Assembly: GCA_051362555.1 (NCBI GenBank)
Contig: CM120642.1
Location: 33,480,001-33,544,000, forward strand
DNA from: Lingula anatina
Lineage: Eukaryota > Animalia > Brachiopoda
Direction of reading: 5' to 3'
DNA: 64,000 nucleotides
Part shown: positions 14,407 to 27,552 of the stretch, piece by piece
How positions within the stretch are numbered: the stretch's first letter is position 1
Layout of the letters: each line of letters begins with the position of its first letter
Notes under the pieces: model-generated
Seen by the model: only the letters and a program-made list of their open reading frames with translations
Database searches by the model: none
What the model was told of the DNA's origin: nothing
Made by a program: the position numbers and the translations under genes

Positions 14407-17400
14407 ATGGATAAAGGGGCTGATGAGACAACTACACTTTTGGGTAACCAAACACAAAACTATGGCCCAGGAGCAGTCGACCAAAGTATAGAAATATCGG
14501 ACCAAGGTGGCCAAAGCTCAGAGCCATCAACGCCACCTGTGGGCATTACATCAAGTATGGAAAGGAATAAGAACCTACGACAGCGCCATCTACGGTCTGG
14601 GGAGTGGGACGGAGCTGTAGATGGCACCAGCAGTGGCGATGATGGAATGTATGTGTTTGTACAGAAACCTGAGAATGAAGTGGAAGCTCAGAGAATGCAG
14701 CAAAATTATATGGTATTATTTTTATTATTATCAAGAATGTGGATTGTTTTTTTTTTTCCTTTGGAATGGAAAATTGGCTATTTGCTGTTATTTTGGTTTT
14801 ATATTATCAAATAATTTTTGGCTTTAGAAATAATTTATTACTGAAATATTGTAACAAAATAAAGTATATATACCATTTTAAATTTCATGTCCTAACTATG
14901 AATAAAGCTTGTGACATAAATCTGAAATAGATCCAACATGTTATTTTTCCTTTTCAGTTTGGTTTCAAGAAATGGAAAAGTCATGTGACAGCGCGCCCTC
15001 TGGCAGACAGATCTGACATTGTGAAACAGTTGTACGCAGAACAGGAGAAGGTGCCACCACCACAAGGTAAATTGTTCTTGTTTTAGTTGTGTAAAGAAAG
15101 ATGATAAATTCAGCTGGTGGTACTAACCCTGTGGAGGCATAGCCTCTCTGATGCTTTAGTTAGTTGTGTAAGGCATTAGGTAGCTACTTAATTCTGTTCT
15201 CGATCATGATATATATGAGCGCAGTGCAATACAATGCAATACAATACGATACGATACGATACAATACAATGCAAACTTGCAAATCTGCTGTAGAGCAAGT
15301 CACTCTCTTTGTGGCCAGATTTTTTATGATAGATGGAGAGAAATTTATATTCTGCAATTGGGTATTTTTGTCCAAATTTGGTGAGCTCAGTCTGGATGTA
15401 ATGATTTCAAATTGGATATCTGAAACCTCCCTGGATTTTTTTTTTGTTGTTGTTGTTGTTAACAAATTGTTTCTAGTTGCATAATGGAATCTTAACATTG
15501 TATTTCAGTATCAGTTTACAGACCTTCTAATTTCCTGTATGTTATCTTACTTGGCTGGTGGATTGCCTTACTTTACTGTATAGTGGGGTGCCTTATGCTC
15601 TTCACTATCATAGGAAGAAAATATGGTGAGTTAAAGTGATGTCTTTAAATAACTACATGTTGGAGAAATGTTAATTCCCTTTACTGACTAATTGGATTAA
15701 ATTTATAATTGAATTTTTCATCTATAAATCCAAAGATTTTACCCAGCGTGATTTGTCTGAGTTTATTGAACTTTTCTTGCCATGGTACAATAACTACGCA
15801 TATTTTTATGAAGTTGGACTATAATTATAATTGGACTATAATTAGAATTTGTTTCTTTTCTAGCTTTTTTCTGCTGGAAGATGGCTGGTTACTTTTTCTG
15901 GCCGTTTGGGAAATTTGTCTCAATGGTACTCCCTAGAGTCATCAGACTTAATGTAAAGTTGTTTACTCTGGATTTTGTTCCTCTTGCTTCATGATGCACT
16001 GCTGGGGTTGGCTTTCCTTGATCAGCATTGATTCATATTTTACTCTCTGGTTTGACTATGTCACACACAGAATGTATAGTAATTTAAGAAAAAGCAGCTG
16101 TGCTATGATTTGTTGTACAATTGGATAAAAATCATCTGCCTGTTTTCTTTAGATGCTTTAGGCCTGATTATTATTAACAAAACTTTAATGCTTATAGACT
16201 AAATGATTATTTTTAAAAGCAAATCAGAAATTGCATTACAAGATTATTTGGAAAACCTGAAATTAATTCGATGTTGAATTTGCTAGAGCTAAAATGAGAT
16301 GTGATTGAAACCTTTTTAAAGCACCTGCACATTTACTTGTCAATGCATAATGAGAATTGTGCTGAAATTTACCATCTTGATTTAAAGATTATGACATGTC
16401 ATTGAAGCTAGAAGGCATCCTAAACAGCTTTACCTATTATCTTTTATACACAGTACATTTAGCTGTAATAACTCTTACAATCTCTGCAGATTAGAGGATA
16501 GAAGTAATAGTTTTTGTCATTTTTTAAATGTAAAAAACAGTTGCCAAAATAATTGTTTGAGATGTGATTTGTAATTGTACCATTGAAAACAAACAAGACT
16601 AGTTCATTTTTAATCCAGTTCATATATTTTAAATTCAATATATATATATTATATATAAATTTATATTTTGTAAAATAACCTTTATTTTCATAGGAGAGTG
16701 GCACATTGCTGGAGTCAAGGGACAGGGATTACACTGTCAGTGACACAGTGCCTCTAGTCTCAGGAACACCCAGCCTGGGAACAAAACATAGTAGCTATGG
16801 TTACTGGGTATGTAAGCCTTATATGGTCATGTGAGGCATGGTTGCTATGGTTACTGGGTATGTAAACCTTATATGGTCATGTGAGGTATGATTGCCATGG
16901 TTACTGGGTATGTAAGCCTTATATGGTCATGTGAGGCATGGTTGCTATATGGTTTTTGGGAAGGTAAAATTTGTGGTCATATGAATCATCATTTCAGTGG
17001 TTACTAGGTATTAGTATGTTGAACTTTTATGGATATGTGACAAAAATACGTAACATTTGCATAAGCGTTTTTTGTTTTTCAAAGGATTTATTTTATACCC
17101 CTAAAGAACTCTGAGGAAGATGTAAATGTATTATAAGGACTTTAAGGAGATAAAGACCAGCCAAATTTATCAATGCTGTAGCAGTTTTTTGAGAACCAAC
17201 TTTTTGCTGTAGTCAAAACAACTTCTGTTGATTTTTAGCAAGTTCTAGGTATCTTTGGCTGATATTCAAGTATCAGTAATATTTAATAATTTTGCTTTCA
17301 GAAACATCCCCAGACATATGTATGGCTAGTGCTGGGTCTTCCACTGTTGTTTATCGTCCATGGAGTGGTATTTCTCCTCTCCTGGTTCTTAGTGATCACC

Positions 17401-18625
17401 ATCCCAGTAGCTAAGGTACGTCTTATGATTTTATCAGTTATTAAATAAATTATATTGTCTATCTGATCAGTTATGTTGAACTATGGTGCATCAACTAATG
17501 AAGAAAAAAAGTAATCGATCAGATCCTGACAAAAACTTGATATTAGATAGTTAAGAGGCAACTCATTGATCATCTTCATCCAACTATTATGTGTTACTGA
17601 CTGCCAGAAAGAAACTTTGAATTGTTTTTGATTTTGTGAAGCACAAAAAAAACAAAACAAAAAAAAAAACAAAGTGTCTTTAAGGTTACTTATAAATTGT
17701 TTGTGGTTTCTCCATTTAACTGGTTCTGCTTTAAATAGTTATTTACCTATTTATTTGTGATATACTTTCCACAATGAAGTTGTGCCTGTGTTTCTGAATT
17801 TTCTTTTAATCATCATGAAGTTTTTTTTGGTCTGGTTTTCTAGTTAAACCTCAAGGCCATAAGAGTTATGCTGTTTCTTCCTCCTGACACTGTTCAAATC
17901 AAAACTTCCAGCATGGTGAGTTACTGCTTCTTTACTAGGTATTATTGCATTTATTTTATTGAGAATATGTATATATGATATTTTCGGTTGCTTTTAATTA
18001 ACATCAAGCTTTATTTCGTGGTATAAACGGTTAGTAAAACCTATGTTATGATTTATTTCAGAGCCTTGTGAGTCCTGACAGTGAGATCATCATCTACACA
18101 CACCAGTCTGTGAATTTTTATTACTACAAGTACACAGTTGATGGCATGAACGTTATCTTAGTCAGTATCCTTTATCAGTTTTATGTCTTTTTGTTTTTCC
18201 AGTGTATTGAAGATTCAAACAATTTAAGATTAATTATATGCATCATAGTAAATAAAATGTATGTAAATCCAAATACCAAAAAGATGTATTTGAACTTGCT
18301 ATATTCTAGAATTTATTCAACTTGTATTACTTCTACATGTATCGATATTCTTTTATTTGTTATCACAAGATGGGTTACAGGATCAGTGGTTGACTCCACA
18401 TCTTTTCGATTTACAAACAGATTGATAGAATGAAGCATATTTTTGCATCTTTAGATGGATCCTTTATAAGTTAATTATTTACTGGTTTAATTGGTGGTTC
18501 AGCTCCTTAGCCCAGGTTTTCAGACCTACTGGTATTTGTTCTCCTCTCTCTGGTGTTAGGGTATGCTGACAGAGACAACCACCTCACAGGGGATGTTACT
18601 GTGAGTAAACGTGTGCATGTGTGTG

Positions 18626-18665
<40 letters not shown>

Positions 18666-20467
18666 GCATTTTAAATTTAATACTCCAAACTGGATTCACC
18701 TTTAAAATGTCATTTTATCTAATGTTGCAGTTTATGTAATTATCAGAAAGTTTCCAGCCCAGCAGGTTTCCACCTTTGTACACCAGTCATTTAAATGGTC
18801 TTTCAGTTGACTTGTTAATTGCACAATAATTTCATGCTGCTGGTACGTGTAGCATCAGAGAGAATTTTAATATAAAAAAAATTATAATAATAAACATGTT
18901 CATAGATCAGAAATACTGCTTTTGAGCAAATCCTCAATGAAGGAACTTAAAGGGATAATAACTCTTCATATGAGATATATATTTCACAATAAAAACATTG
19001 TGAATAACTCATAGAAATATAATATATTCCATTTTACCACAAAAACGGCAGTTATAGCTATTATTCTGATATCTGAGCTTGTCTTTAGACCATGTGACCT
19101 CCATTGATGGATATACCCTGTTAAAATCTCTTAAAAAAACCAGGGACTAACTTTGAATGTAAAAATGGATTCATTTACCATTGGTAAGTATGAGAAAATT
19201 GTTGTTTATTCCAGGAAAATTCATTTTTTGGCCGAAACGAAGAGTTATTATCACTTTAAGTCACAGATTGTAATGAAAATTATTCACTTTTATTCAGATA
19301 AAAACATTGTGCTGTTTTCTTTCAGAAATTTATCTTGTCGTTCCTTGCCCTCATCCCTCTGTCATATTACATTGGAATGGCTATCACTAGGTAGGTGTAC
19401 TGGGAGGGGTTGGGGGGTGTGGTTTTGACCTAATTTGTTATATTTTTGTAGAAGAGCTTATATGGTGCTAGTCTTGAGGTGTTTGTTGCATTTTTGAGAC
19501 AATAATTTAAGGTGATTGTGTTGATATATTCACATTTAATGCATTTCTTTTTGCTTGAACAAAATATGCACATACCAGTTTCTTTGATATAGTAAGAATA
19601 TTTTTTTACCTTAATCCAATATTTGCCTATTCAGTACTTTTGTACAAAATTCACTTAATAATCACATGATAATATTTTTTCATGGTTGAGATAGAGTAGT
19701 CTAATCATATCATATAGGAAGTACCTCCCATTTTTTAGATATATTTATACAATTTGCCATTCTCTTGTTTTTTCCCAGTATCTCAGCCCAGAGTAACTTT
19801 GCTGTGGGGGCCCTGCTCAATGCCACGTTTGGCTCCATAGTAGAGATTTCCCTGTATACTGTAGCTCTTGTGAAGGGGAGACAGAGTGGAAATACTAAAT
19901 GTTATTCAGAGTTGGTGAAGTCAGCACTGGCAGGTGGGTGCCATGTTGTATTAATATGTTATTATATCATACTTATTTTAATCTGGCTAAACTTGCATGT
20001 TTGTACTTTTCTCATGTGTACATGTACTGTCTATACTCATCGAAAAAAGTGAAAGAGAAATGAATATGATAAACTCTCCCATAATAAGAATAGTCTTGCC
20101 AATTTGCTTTTAAGAACTTTGGTCTGTAATTTGATAACCATTTTTTTCATTGGTAGAAAATATAGATTAATCCAGAACTACGACAAGAGATTAAGATAAA
20201 TACGTAAATGCCAGTATTATGCAATTAAAAATTTTAGTAAATTGCTTTGATTTACCTGTATTTTTCACCATTGTTCCAGGTACACTGCTGGGCACCATGT
20301 TGTTAGTGCCAGTGAGTATGATGTTATTACCTTGTTCATGTGACCTACATATGCTTTTTTATTCTTTTAGAAGTTCTGCAAATGCCTATATAAGTGTATG
20401 TTAAAATTCTGTTTTTCATTTTAGTTTTTGAGAGACCATGATAGAGTTAATTGTAGGATGGGGAAGG

Positions 20468-20516
<49 letters not shown>

Positions 20517-22792
20517 AGAAAGAAGAAACAAATTCCCTTTCTAATAGTTGGTGAAAGCAGTTGCCGTGGCTAGCTGTCATACATTTTGATAAATGCCCCC
20601 CTGTTTCCTGTTATTCAGGGACTCTGTATGATAATAGGAGGTCTGAAGCATCGCCTGCAGGTGTTCAACCCCAGATCTGTGGGTGTCAGCTCTTCTTTAC
20701 TCTTTGTCTCTGTGGCAGGTGAGTTATACTTCAAACATATTTTTAAAAACTGCATTCACAACAGTGGACTTACTACTCCATGGATCAAATATCAGGGGCG
20801 GATTTAGGGCGTCTTCTGGGTCTTCCGGAAGACGGTCAGATTTTCAAGTTTACATTGACGGGCATCTATTTTTTTCTGTCGGAAGACAGTCAAAAATGGA
20901 GGATGGATCAACAAAGATAAATTGGAAGACTGTCAGAAAATAACTCTGGATCCGCCCCTGAATATGGTGCCCCTTTTAAATGTTTAAAAGCTTGCTGTCT
21001 AATCCTAATAGAATAGATTTCCTTCAGGGATTATGCATCAAACATTCGAGTGTGTCAACCATATTTGATGGGCAGTCTAGTTAGTCCGCTTTTCAGTTGT
21101 CATACAAGAACATAATTTCTTCCAATAACTATACAATCAGCATCTCAGAAAGAAACAATTCTTACATATTTATTTCAGCAGATATTTCAAATTAGCATCT
21201 CAGATAAAACTTTAACGTTGGACATCACATTGTTTATTTTTTATGCTGAAAATCTTCTCTCCAGGTGCCTTCACCCCCACCATCTTCTCAAAGGCGTACG
21301 GCACTCTACAGTGTGGAGAGTGTGTGTACGATACGAACAGAACCACCAGTGTTCTTCCCAATACTTCCTATGCCCTGCAGTGCCAGGACTGTGAATACTC
21401 TGTGGTAAGTCACATTAGATATACAGCATATTTGTAGTATAATTACAAGCCTATTATATATCTTTTTGGAGGATACTACTGGTATAATAGAATTAAAATG
21501 TTAAAATAGCTGGGCAAGCCAGAATTATGCAAATATTGCACAAAATTAGAGCATTTCTGACATGACTCAGAGAGTCATTTTGTTTGTGGAGAGAAACAAG
21601 AACATTTTGCACAGCTGTATTTTTCCAGTTTATTATTAGTGTAAGCTGTACCCTACTGTAGATAAGAATACAATGGCTTTATGTTTGATTTTGGTTTGAA
21701 CGGAGACCATACCCTCCATAACAAGTATAAGTCTGTACTGTATTTGTATATCCAACTGTGTTATATATATATATATATATATTTCAGTTTGGTTTCAATG
21801 GGGACCACACCCTCTATGATAACCACATCCGCCCCCTGGTGTATGCCTGTGCTCTGGTCCTCCCCATAGCTTACCTCATAGGACTGATCTTTACCATGAA
21901 GACACACAAATCTCACATCCATGACAAGTTCATGGAGGAGGCTAAATCACGGGCCACTGGTAAGATAAAGAGACTGTTCACTATAAATTTTATTGGTCTA
22001 GTTACTGTGCACTAACTCCATGGGGGCTCTCGCTAAATGCAATCAGTCTAACATATGTATATACCCCCTGTTGTTTCTAATGGACTTGCTTATGTTTATC
22101 TGTTGATCTGATTGCATTAAGCATGAGTCCCTTTGGAGTTTGTACATAAAAGTTGAGTGGATAAAGTCCATTGTGGACATTTCCTCACCTTTGAGTGTAA
22201 GTGTATAATACAGTATAAAGAGGAAAATTAAGGGAAAGAAAAAATATCCATATATTTTTAACAAAGTTAATAAAAGATGTGGTCTTTGAACAAACCCTTA
22301 TATAATTGACTTTTGAGACCATCAAAATGTTTTTTAATCGCACCATACATTTATGATTACTTATATGATCTTGTAAATACCTTTCCTAGTCAATGTAAAA
22401 ACAAGAAGCTGAAATGTTAAATGCAGAGATTAAGAAAAATTTAAAGCTACCAGTACACACAATTTTTTTCCAGATTTTGATAATATTTATAAATTTCAGG
22501 TGATGGTCATGGTACAGATGTCCACTGGGGGAGAATTAAAAGCACAGTTATCTTGCTGTGTTCTGTTATACTGACCTCTCTGAGTGCTGACATTGCCACG
22601 GAACACATACAACCTGTACTAGAAAACTCCTCAGTATCACTGGTAAGTACTCACAGGGTCTTCCGGAAGACGGTCAGATTTTCATGTTAACATTGACGGG
22701 TATCCAATTTTTTCTGACAGAAGATGGAGGATGGATCAACAAAGATCATTTGGAAGACTGTCAGAAAATATTTCTGAATCCATCCCTGACTA

Positions 22793-22823
<31 letters not shown>

Positions 22824-22848
22824 ATCTATATCTATATCTATATATATA

Positions 22849-22882
<34 letters not shown>

Positions 22883-22943
22883 AGAGGAGGTCTTGCTCTG
22901 GCACATGTTCAGATTTTCCTTACACAAGTTTTCAGTATCCATG

Positions 22944-22996
<53 letters not shown>

Positions 22997-24356
22997 CCCC
23001 TTTGTCTCCTTCCAGTACTTCCTGGGTGTCACCCTGCTAGCTCTGGTCCCTGATATCCCAGAGGTGGTCAACGGGATACAGTTTGCACTGCAGAATAATG
23101 TTAATCTTAGGTGAGGAGAAACTAACTAAAAAATTAAGTACTAGTATAAGATTTATAAAGCAAAAAGAAATCGATTAATGATTTGGTTTGGTGTGTTGCA
23201 TGCAGTTTCTACCCAGATTTAGTACAATGGTCATTTTCAATGATAATTAATTGGAGTTTTGTTAAATTTTTCAAACCTTGGTGTTATTAGACTATCAGCA
23301 GCACCCTATTTATTGTCTGGTAAAACCTTTTGTGACCTAAATATTATATTATATTATATTATATTATGTTATGTTATGTTATGTTATGTTATGTTATGTT
23401 ATGTTATATTATATTATATTATATTATATTATATTATATTATATTATATTATATTATATTATATTATATTACAGTATTGAGGTGGGTACAACCACTGCAG
23501 TTCAAGTGTGCATGCTTCAGATGCCTCTTCTGGTACTGCTGGACCTTATCTATGTGAGTATAGAAACAGCTTGAAGAAATATTGGAATTTGTATTATCGC
23601 TGCACTTGTATTTCACTTAAACGTTAGCTTGTATTTCCATATTTTTTGGTGTGTTCATCCTATTGTTTGCATACAGTGGATGACTTGTGTTGTAACATAT
23701 CTCAACTAAGGTCTTAATAAGCCTGATCTTGACCTCTTACAGGACAATAATTGGACTTGTCAATCTTAATGTTTTCTTCTATGTGTGATCCACAAAACTG
23801 TAACTGCCAAAACAAAATATGTTAATAAATCACTTGCCTGATTGTTATGTTCTGTTTCACTTCTTATTTCAGCCAGTAGACTTTTACCTCATCTTTAGTG
23901 ACCTTCATCTCTGGGCTGTGATTTTCTCAGTTATTGTGATGAACTACGTCTTCCAAGATGGAAAGTCAAATTATTTCCAAGGTGAGCTTTCTTTTGGTGT
24001 ATTGTTGTGCCCCAGTTCATTTTTGACAAGATTTAATTTGATAAATACTGTCACTACTTCATTAATAATGCTAATGGATATGTTTTAACAAATTGAATAT
24101 AGAAATCATATATTATAAATGTAAATTATATACTCTGTGTACAAAAAAAAATCATTGTATCGATACATGTATGGAGAGTAATACACATTTATAAGAAATT
24201 GCTTTCCATTTATTTGAAAGTTGTTAATGTGTTGTCCTGGCTGTTAAGTTGTCAATTATTCTGGTTTCAGGCTCAGCGTTGTTTATGGTGTATGTCCTGC
24301 TGATACTGATGTACTTCTTCTCCCCGGCTGGCAACGAGGTGTGTGGGTCACCTTGA
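14407..24356 (+). CDS. Type-2 CAX (Vnx1-like) cation/H+ exchanger, paralog 1; 20 coding exons (approx. 14407-14712, 14958-15066, 15509-15625, 15863-15925, 16694-16807, 17302-17415, 17844-17915, 18062-18164, 18524-18600, 19326-19390, 19779-19933, 20280-20311, 20619-20718, 21265-21404, 21788-21959, 22500-22642, 23015-23110, 23474-23553, 23872-23961, 24271-24356)
   Basis: YccF-like N-terminal segment (GWW..LY...G.LM.FTIIG, YFFWPFGK), YYYKYTVDGMNVILVN, alpha-1 ISAQSNFAVGALLNATFGSIVE, alpha-2 LALVPDIPEVVNGIQFALQNN, QVCMLQMP, DGKSNYFQGS; open frame throughout. Confidence 0.92.
16794..16960. repeat. ~3.3 x 50-bp tandem repeat containing a CAX1 5' splice site
   Basis: GCTATGGTTACTGG|GTATGTAA at 16794 and 16844, GCCATGG variant at 16894, partial copy at 16944. 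Confidence 0.93.
18165..18523 (+). other. U12-type (minor spliceosome) GT-AG intron in CAX1
   Basis: 5'ss GTATCCTTT, branch-like TCCTTAGC at 18504-18511, AG at 18522-18523; splicing restores the conserved ...ILVN|LL reading. Confidence 0.88.
18951..19255 (+). mobile_element. Kolobok-like MITE, copy 1 (CAX1 intron)
   Basis: TIRs AGGGATAATAACTCTTC / GAAGAGTTATTATCACT with TTAA on both sides; near-identical copy at 52575-52911. Confidence 0.85.
20793..20960 (+). mobile_element. MITE family A (GAAGAC-rich), full copy with 5-bp TSD AATAT
   Basis: Perfect TIR CAGGGGCGGAT/ATCCGCCCCTG; AATAT at 20788-20792 and 20961-20965. Confidence 0.88.
22654..22788 (+). mobile_element. MITE family A, deleted copy about 10 nt downstream of a CAX1 donor site
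   Basis: GGGTCTTCCGGAAGACGGTCAGATTTTCA...GGAAGACTGTCAGAAAATA matches 20818-20945. Confidence 0.85.
22790..23470. repeat. (TATC)n/(TA)n microsatellites (22790-22880, 22945-22992) and (TTATA)n/(TTATG)n (23341-23470) in CAX1 introns
   Basis: Direct inspection. Confidence 0.9.
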
Positions 24357-24453
24357 CCTGGGTCACCTTAACCTGACCTGACTTTGACCTTGGTCACTTT
24401 GACCTGGTTTGACCTTGACCTGGGTCACCTTGACCTGACCACACCTTGACCTG
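24346..24453. repeat. TGACCT/GGTCAnnnTGACC repeat cluster overlapping the CAX1 stop codon
   Basis: GGTCACCTTGACC at 24346 and 24423, GGTCACTTTGACC at 24392, one-mismatch copy at 24361, plus many TGACCT half-sites. Confidence 0.9.
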
Positions 24454-26874
24454 ATTATTATAAAACTGGTGCTTGTACTGAGGTCTGCTTCACAGATACT
24501 CTCACTGCTGCTCTTGTCTGTGTTATGATTTGTTGTGACTGGTTGTGATCTGTATGTTTACTGTGTTACTATTGTTGACAGTAGGATCATTTGTAATGGT
24601 TAAGGTGTTCTATGATTTTATATTAAGAGTATTAGAACAAGTATTAGCGTTTTGTTTTTAACATGATAATTGTACAACAGTTTCAAATATTACAATATTG
24701 GCTTTCAGGGTTAAAGTGATACTGTTGTCTTTTAATATGTAGCTACTTTGATCCATCTTTGATCCTATTTCTTGGTTAGGAGGATGGATATTGATTTTGG
24801 GCTAAAAAACTAGAGACAGTTATGCATTTTAAAAATGTTTTTTCTTGTTAAAGAGATTTGTATGTTGTCATGATCTTTGGTTACTGTTTACAAAAAATTT
24901 GTTGTAGCTGCTACATTAATATCATTTGTCAATCTTGTCTTATTTGTGCAATATTTATATTTTATGATAGTGTTAATAAGAATATGCTTTACAGCTGTGG
25001 ATGAACAAATATTTATACTGTACATGGCACTTACAATACATTATTTGTTTAAATGTTTCTTCTTATGTATGCTGTGTATCAGCTTGTCTTCTGTTACGTT
25101 GATTGCCTTTAAATATGTACAGATTATATTTGTAAAAGGTTTTAAAAATCAAATTTATATCATCATGGGCATTAGTTATTTTAAGTCGAGAAGTATTATT
25201 TGTTTTATTGCTGTTAATATTAAGAAAATGCACGGCATGTATTCAGTGTAGATATGTTAAAATTGACAATTTTGATATTTAAAGAAGTGGTTTGATAATT
25301 ACACCTATTATATATGTTTGATTGAATTATATTTTATTAGAACAACGAACAAACTGGAGTCGGTGGCTCTGTTTTCCATGGACATAAAGGGAACTTTGTA
25401 AGCTCCTGAACCACGTAGAATATGAAGCGGTTCCATGGGCTTGGCTATTTGTATTTGTGTAATTTGCACAAGCTATTTTATCCTTGTTACTGATTTATAT
25501 TTAGAGCTCACCATAAATTTGATCAGAACTATTGAGATTTTTCAACACGTGTTTGGTTCATCAGTGGCCTTTATTGATCTTCCGAAACAACGATGTTGAT
25601 CTGTGTAACGTTTGATGTAAGGCCGGTGTTAACGTTATTTTATATCCACTTTATAATACTGTACGGCCGATTTCAATGTGCATCTGCTTTATTTATCTGA
25701 ATTGTTACTATTAGCGGTGGATTGTGTTGATTTACATGTTGTAAGAAGGACACGGATGCTTTAATAATTTAATTTCTGTTACGTTGGCTATGTCTTTCGA
25801 CAAACTCAAATACAAACATTGTTCAAAGATTTTAGACTATAGACCTAGAGATAGTACAATTAAGTTGGCCACGGCCATTATTATACAATATGTGACATTT
25901 TTGGGTGATATATTATCAAAACTTGCACGAGTAGATAGCGGTTGTGATATATTCTAGGTACTGATTTCAGGGTGTACTCCTACGTGTACATAGTTGACAG
26001 TTGGTCCATGTTTTTATATTGTGATACATTTTAATGATAAAAATCAACGTGGAAACGTTTTATGGTAATGGCATGAGTATGTAAATATATTTACAGTTTC
26101 ACTTCCAGACTTTGAGTCAATAAAATATTTTAAGAAAGTAGGGATACAGTTGTTTTATTTTAGAAAAAATAAGCATGATAATCACCAAAGGAACTGGTTA
26201 CATAAGTAGTTGCTATCTAGCATAACATGACGTGTGAAGTATTGACATATCTTAACAGTATTAGCGTGTATCAGTAATACTGTTATGCTGCTTCTCACAT
26301 TGACAGGGAGTTGTCGTCGGGGGACTTGGGGGGGGGGGGAGGAGGGGAGTAGAAGGACTGATGACTGGCATTGAAATACTGCCTGGCCATTACAAAACAT
26401 GACAAACCGCTGCTCTTTAATTGTTATAATTAAATCTCTTTGAAAAGCATTGACGTAAAATTTTCTCCGAAAGTACGACGTTCTTTCAAGTTTCTCCACT
26501 TTCTCGCCATTAGTACTTGCAAATATGATTTTCGTTTTGGAAATGTGTTACATGTATCTATTCTGTGTTAAACAAGCATGACAAACACTGGATATCTGTC
26601 GCCCCTGAAATCTTCCTAAACTTCTTAATCAGACTTACTGGATCAGTTTTGCATGTATTTGCCGATATGAGCGACTTGCGTCAGATTTTACTTTGAAACC
26701 GGTCTGTTTACTTTGATGATAATCAAATGCATATTCCCAGAAAAAATCTTATTTATTGATTTAGAACCCCAATATGGAACGACAAAAACACAAATAACAA
26801 GTACTTGTAACTGCAACACGCGCTACTAGTATATGTTAGAGTTAGTTGGAGTATTTTGTGTAGCGAGAAGTATT

Positions 26875-27552
26875 CACGTGTCACATGACTTGCCCCACCT
26901 GTATATATTTGAACTCCCGCCCTGACATTTTCATTCAGTTCAGCGACACGGTCTCCCCGGTCCATGGTGTTTACATCAGTTTTTACAAGTTTACTTCAGT
27001 TTCCATCAGTTTATATTAGTTTTCATGAAGTTTTATTAGTTTCCAGAAGTTTTCACTAGTTTTCATAAGTTTTTATAAGTTTTCCTGCAGTTTACGGAAT
27101 TCAGCGAGATACAATATATGCACTTCAAGAACGCTTTTCTTGTTTTCTACGAATACGGTACGGTCACAGCAACACTTGCATTGGAGGAATAGCTGATGTG
27201 TGGACAATTCCAGTCGAATGGTTTGACTGTGGAAGACGACGCTAAATGGTGAACATTTTTACTTTCAAGGTAGATAACTGATGACATAAACGGGTCGGAA
27301 GAATCAGAAGCGAAATTAGAGAGGAAACTGAGTGAGATCATGTTAACAGGTGCGAACATAATTTGTCGCTTATTAATTTGCATAACACTTGGCAAATGGC
27401 ATGAAATATGGCGTATTAGCCGGAGAAAGAAGGGGAAGAAACGACCAAGAAGAGGCGTCTACAGCTGTGATTGATGAATGGGAACTTCGCCCGAGGTTTT
27501 GTAGTGAAATATCGTATAAAACAGCGCGTGTAGACAGCACGTGTCACATGAC
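26875..27552 (+). promoter_or_regulatory. Putative CAX2 upstream regulatory region with two identical composite E-boxes CACGTGTCACATGAC
   Basis: 15-mer at 26875-26889 and 27538-27552; CpG-rich; candidate non-coding-exon donors near 27602 and 27860. Confidence 0.5.
26967..27094. repeat. Degenerate 10-bp-period AGTTT array (~13 units)
   Basis: GTTT recurs at ~26969, 26979, 26989 ... 27079, 27090. Confidence 0.9.

Noticed and set aside
16794-16960. Regularly spaced repeats (also 7333-7466) considered as CRISPR-like
   Set aside because: Contiguous tandem units without unique spacers, in eukaryotic introns, with no cas genes
19153-19428. Duplicate ORFs MNVKMDS.TIGKY.KIVVYSRK at 19153 and 52809
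   Set aside because: Both lie inside the same non-coding Kolobok-like MITE
22684-23574. ORF-track peptides rich in YI/ILYY repeats (also 37682-38017, 11343-11721 and the ER/SL-rich ORFs at 7016-7330)
   Set aside because: Translations of microsatellites, not proteins
24877-25251. 124-aa hydrophobic ORF after CAX1
   Set aside because: T-rich probable 3'UTR, non-ATG start, no recognisable motif
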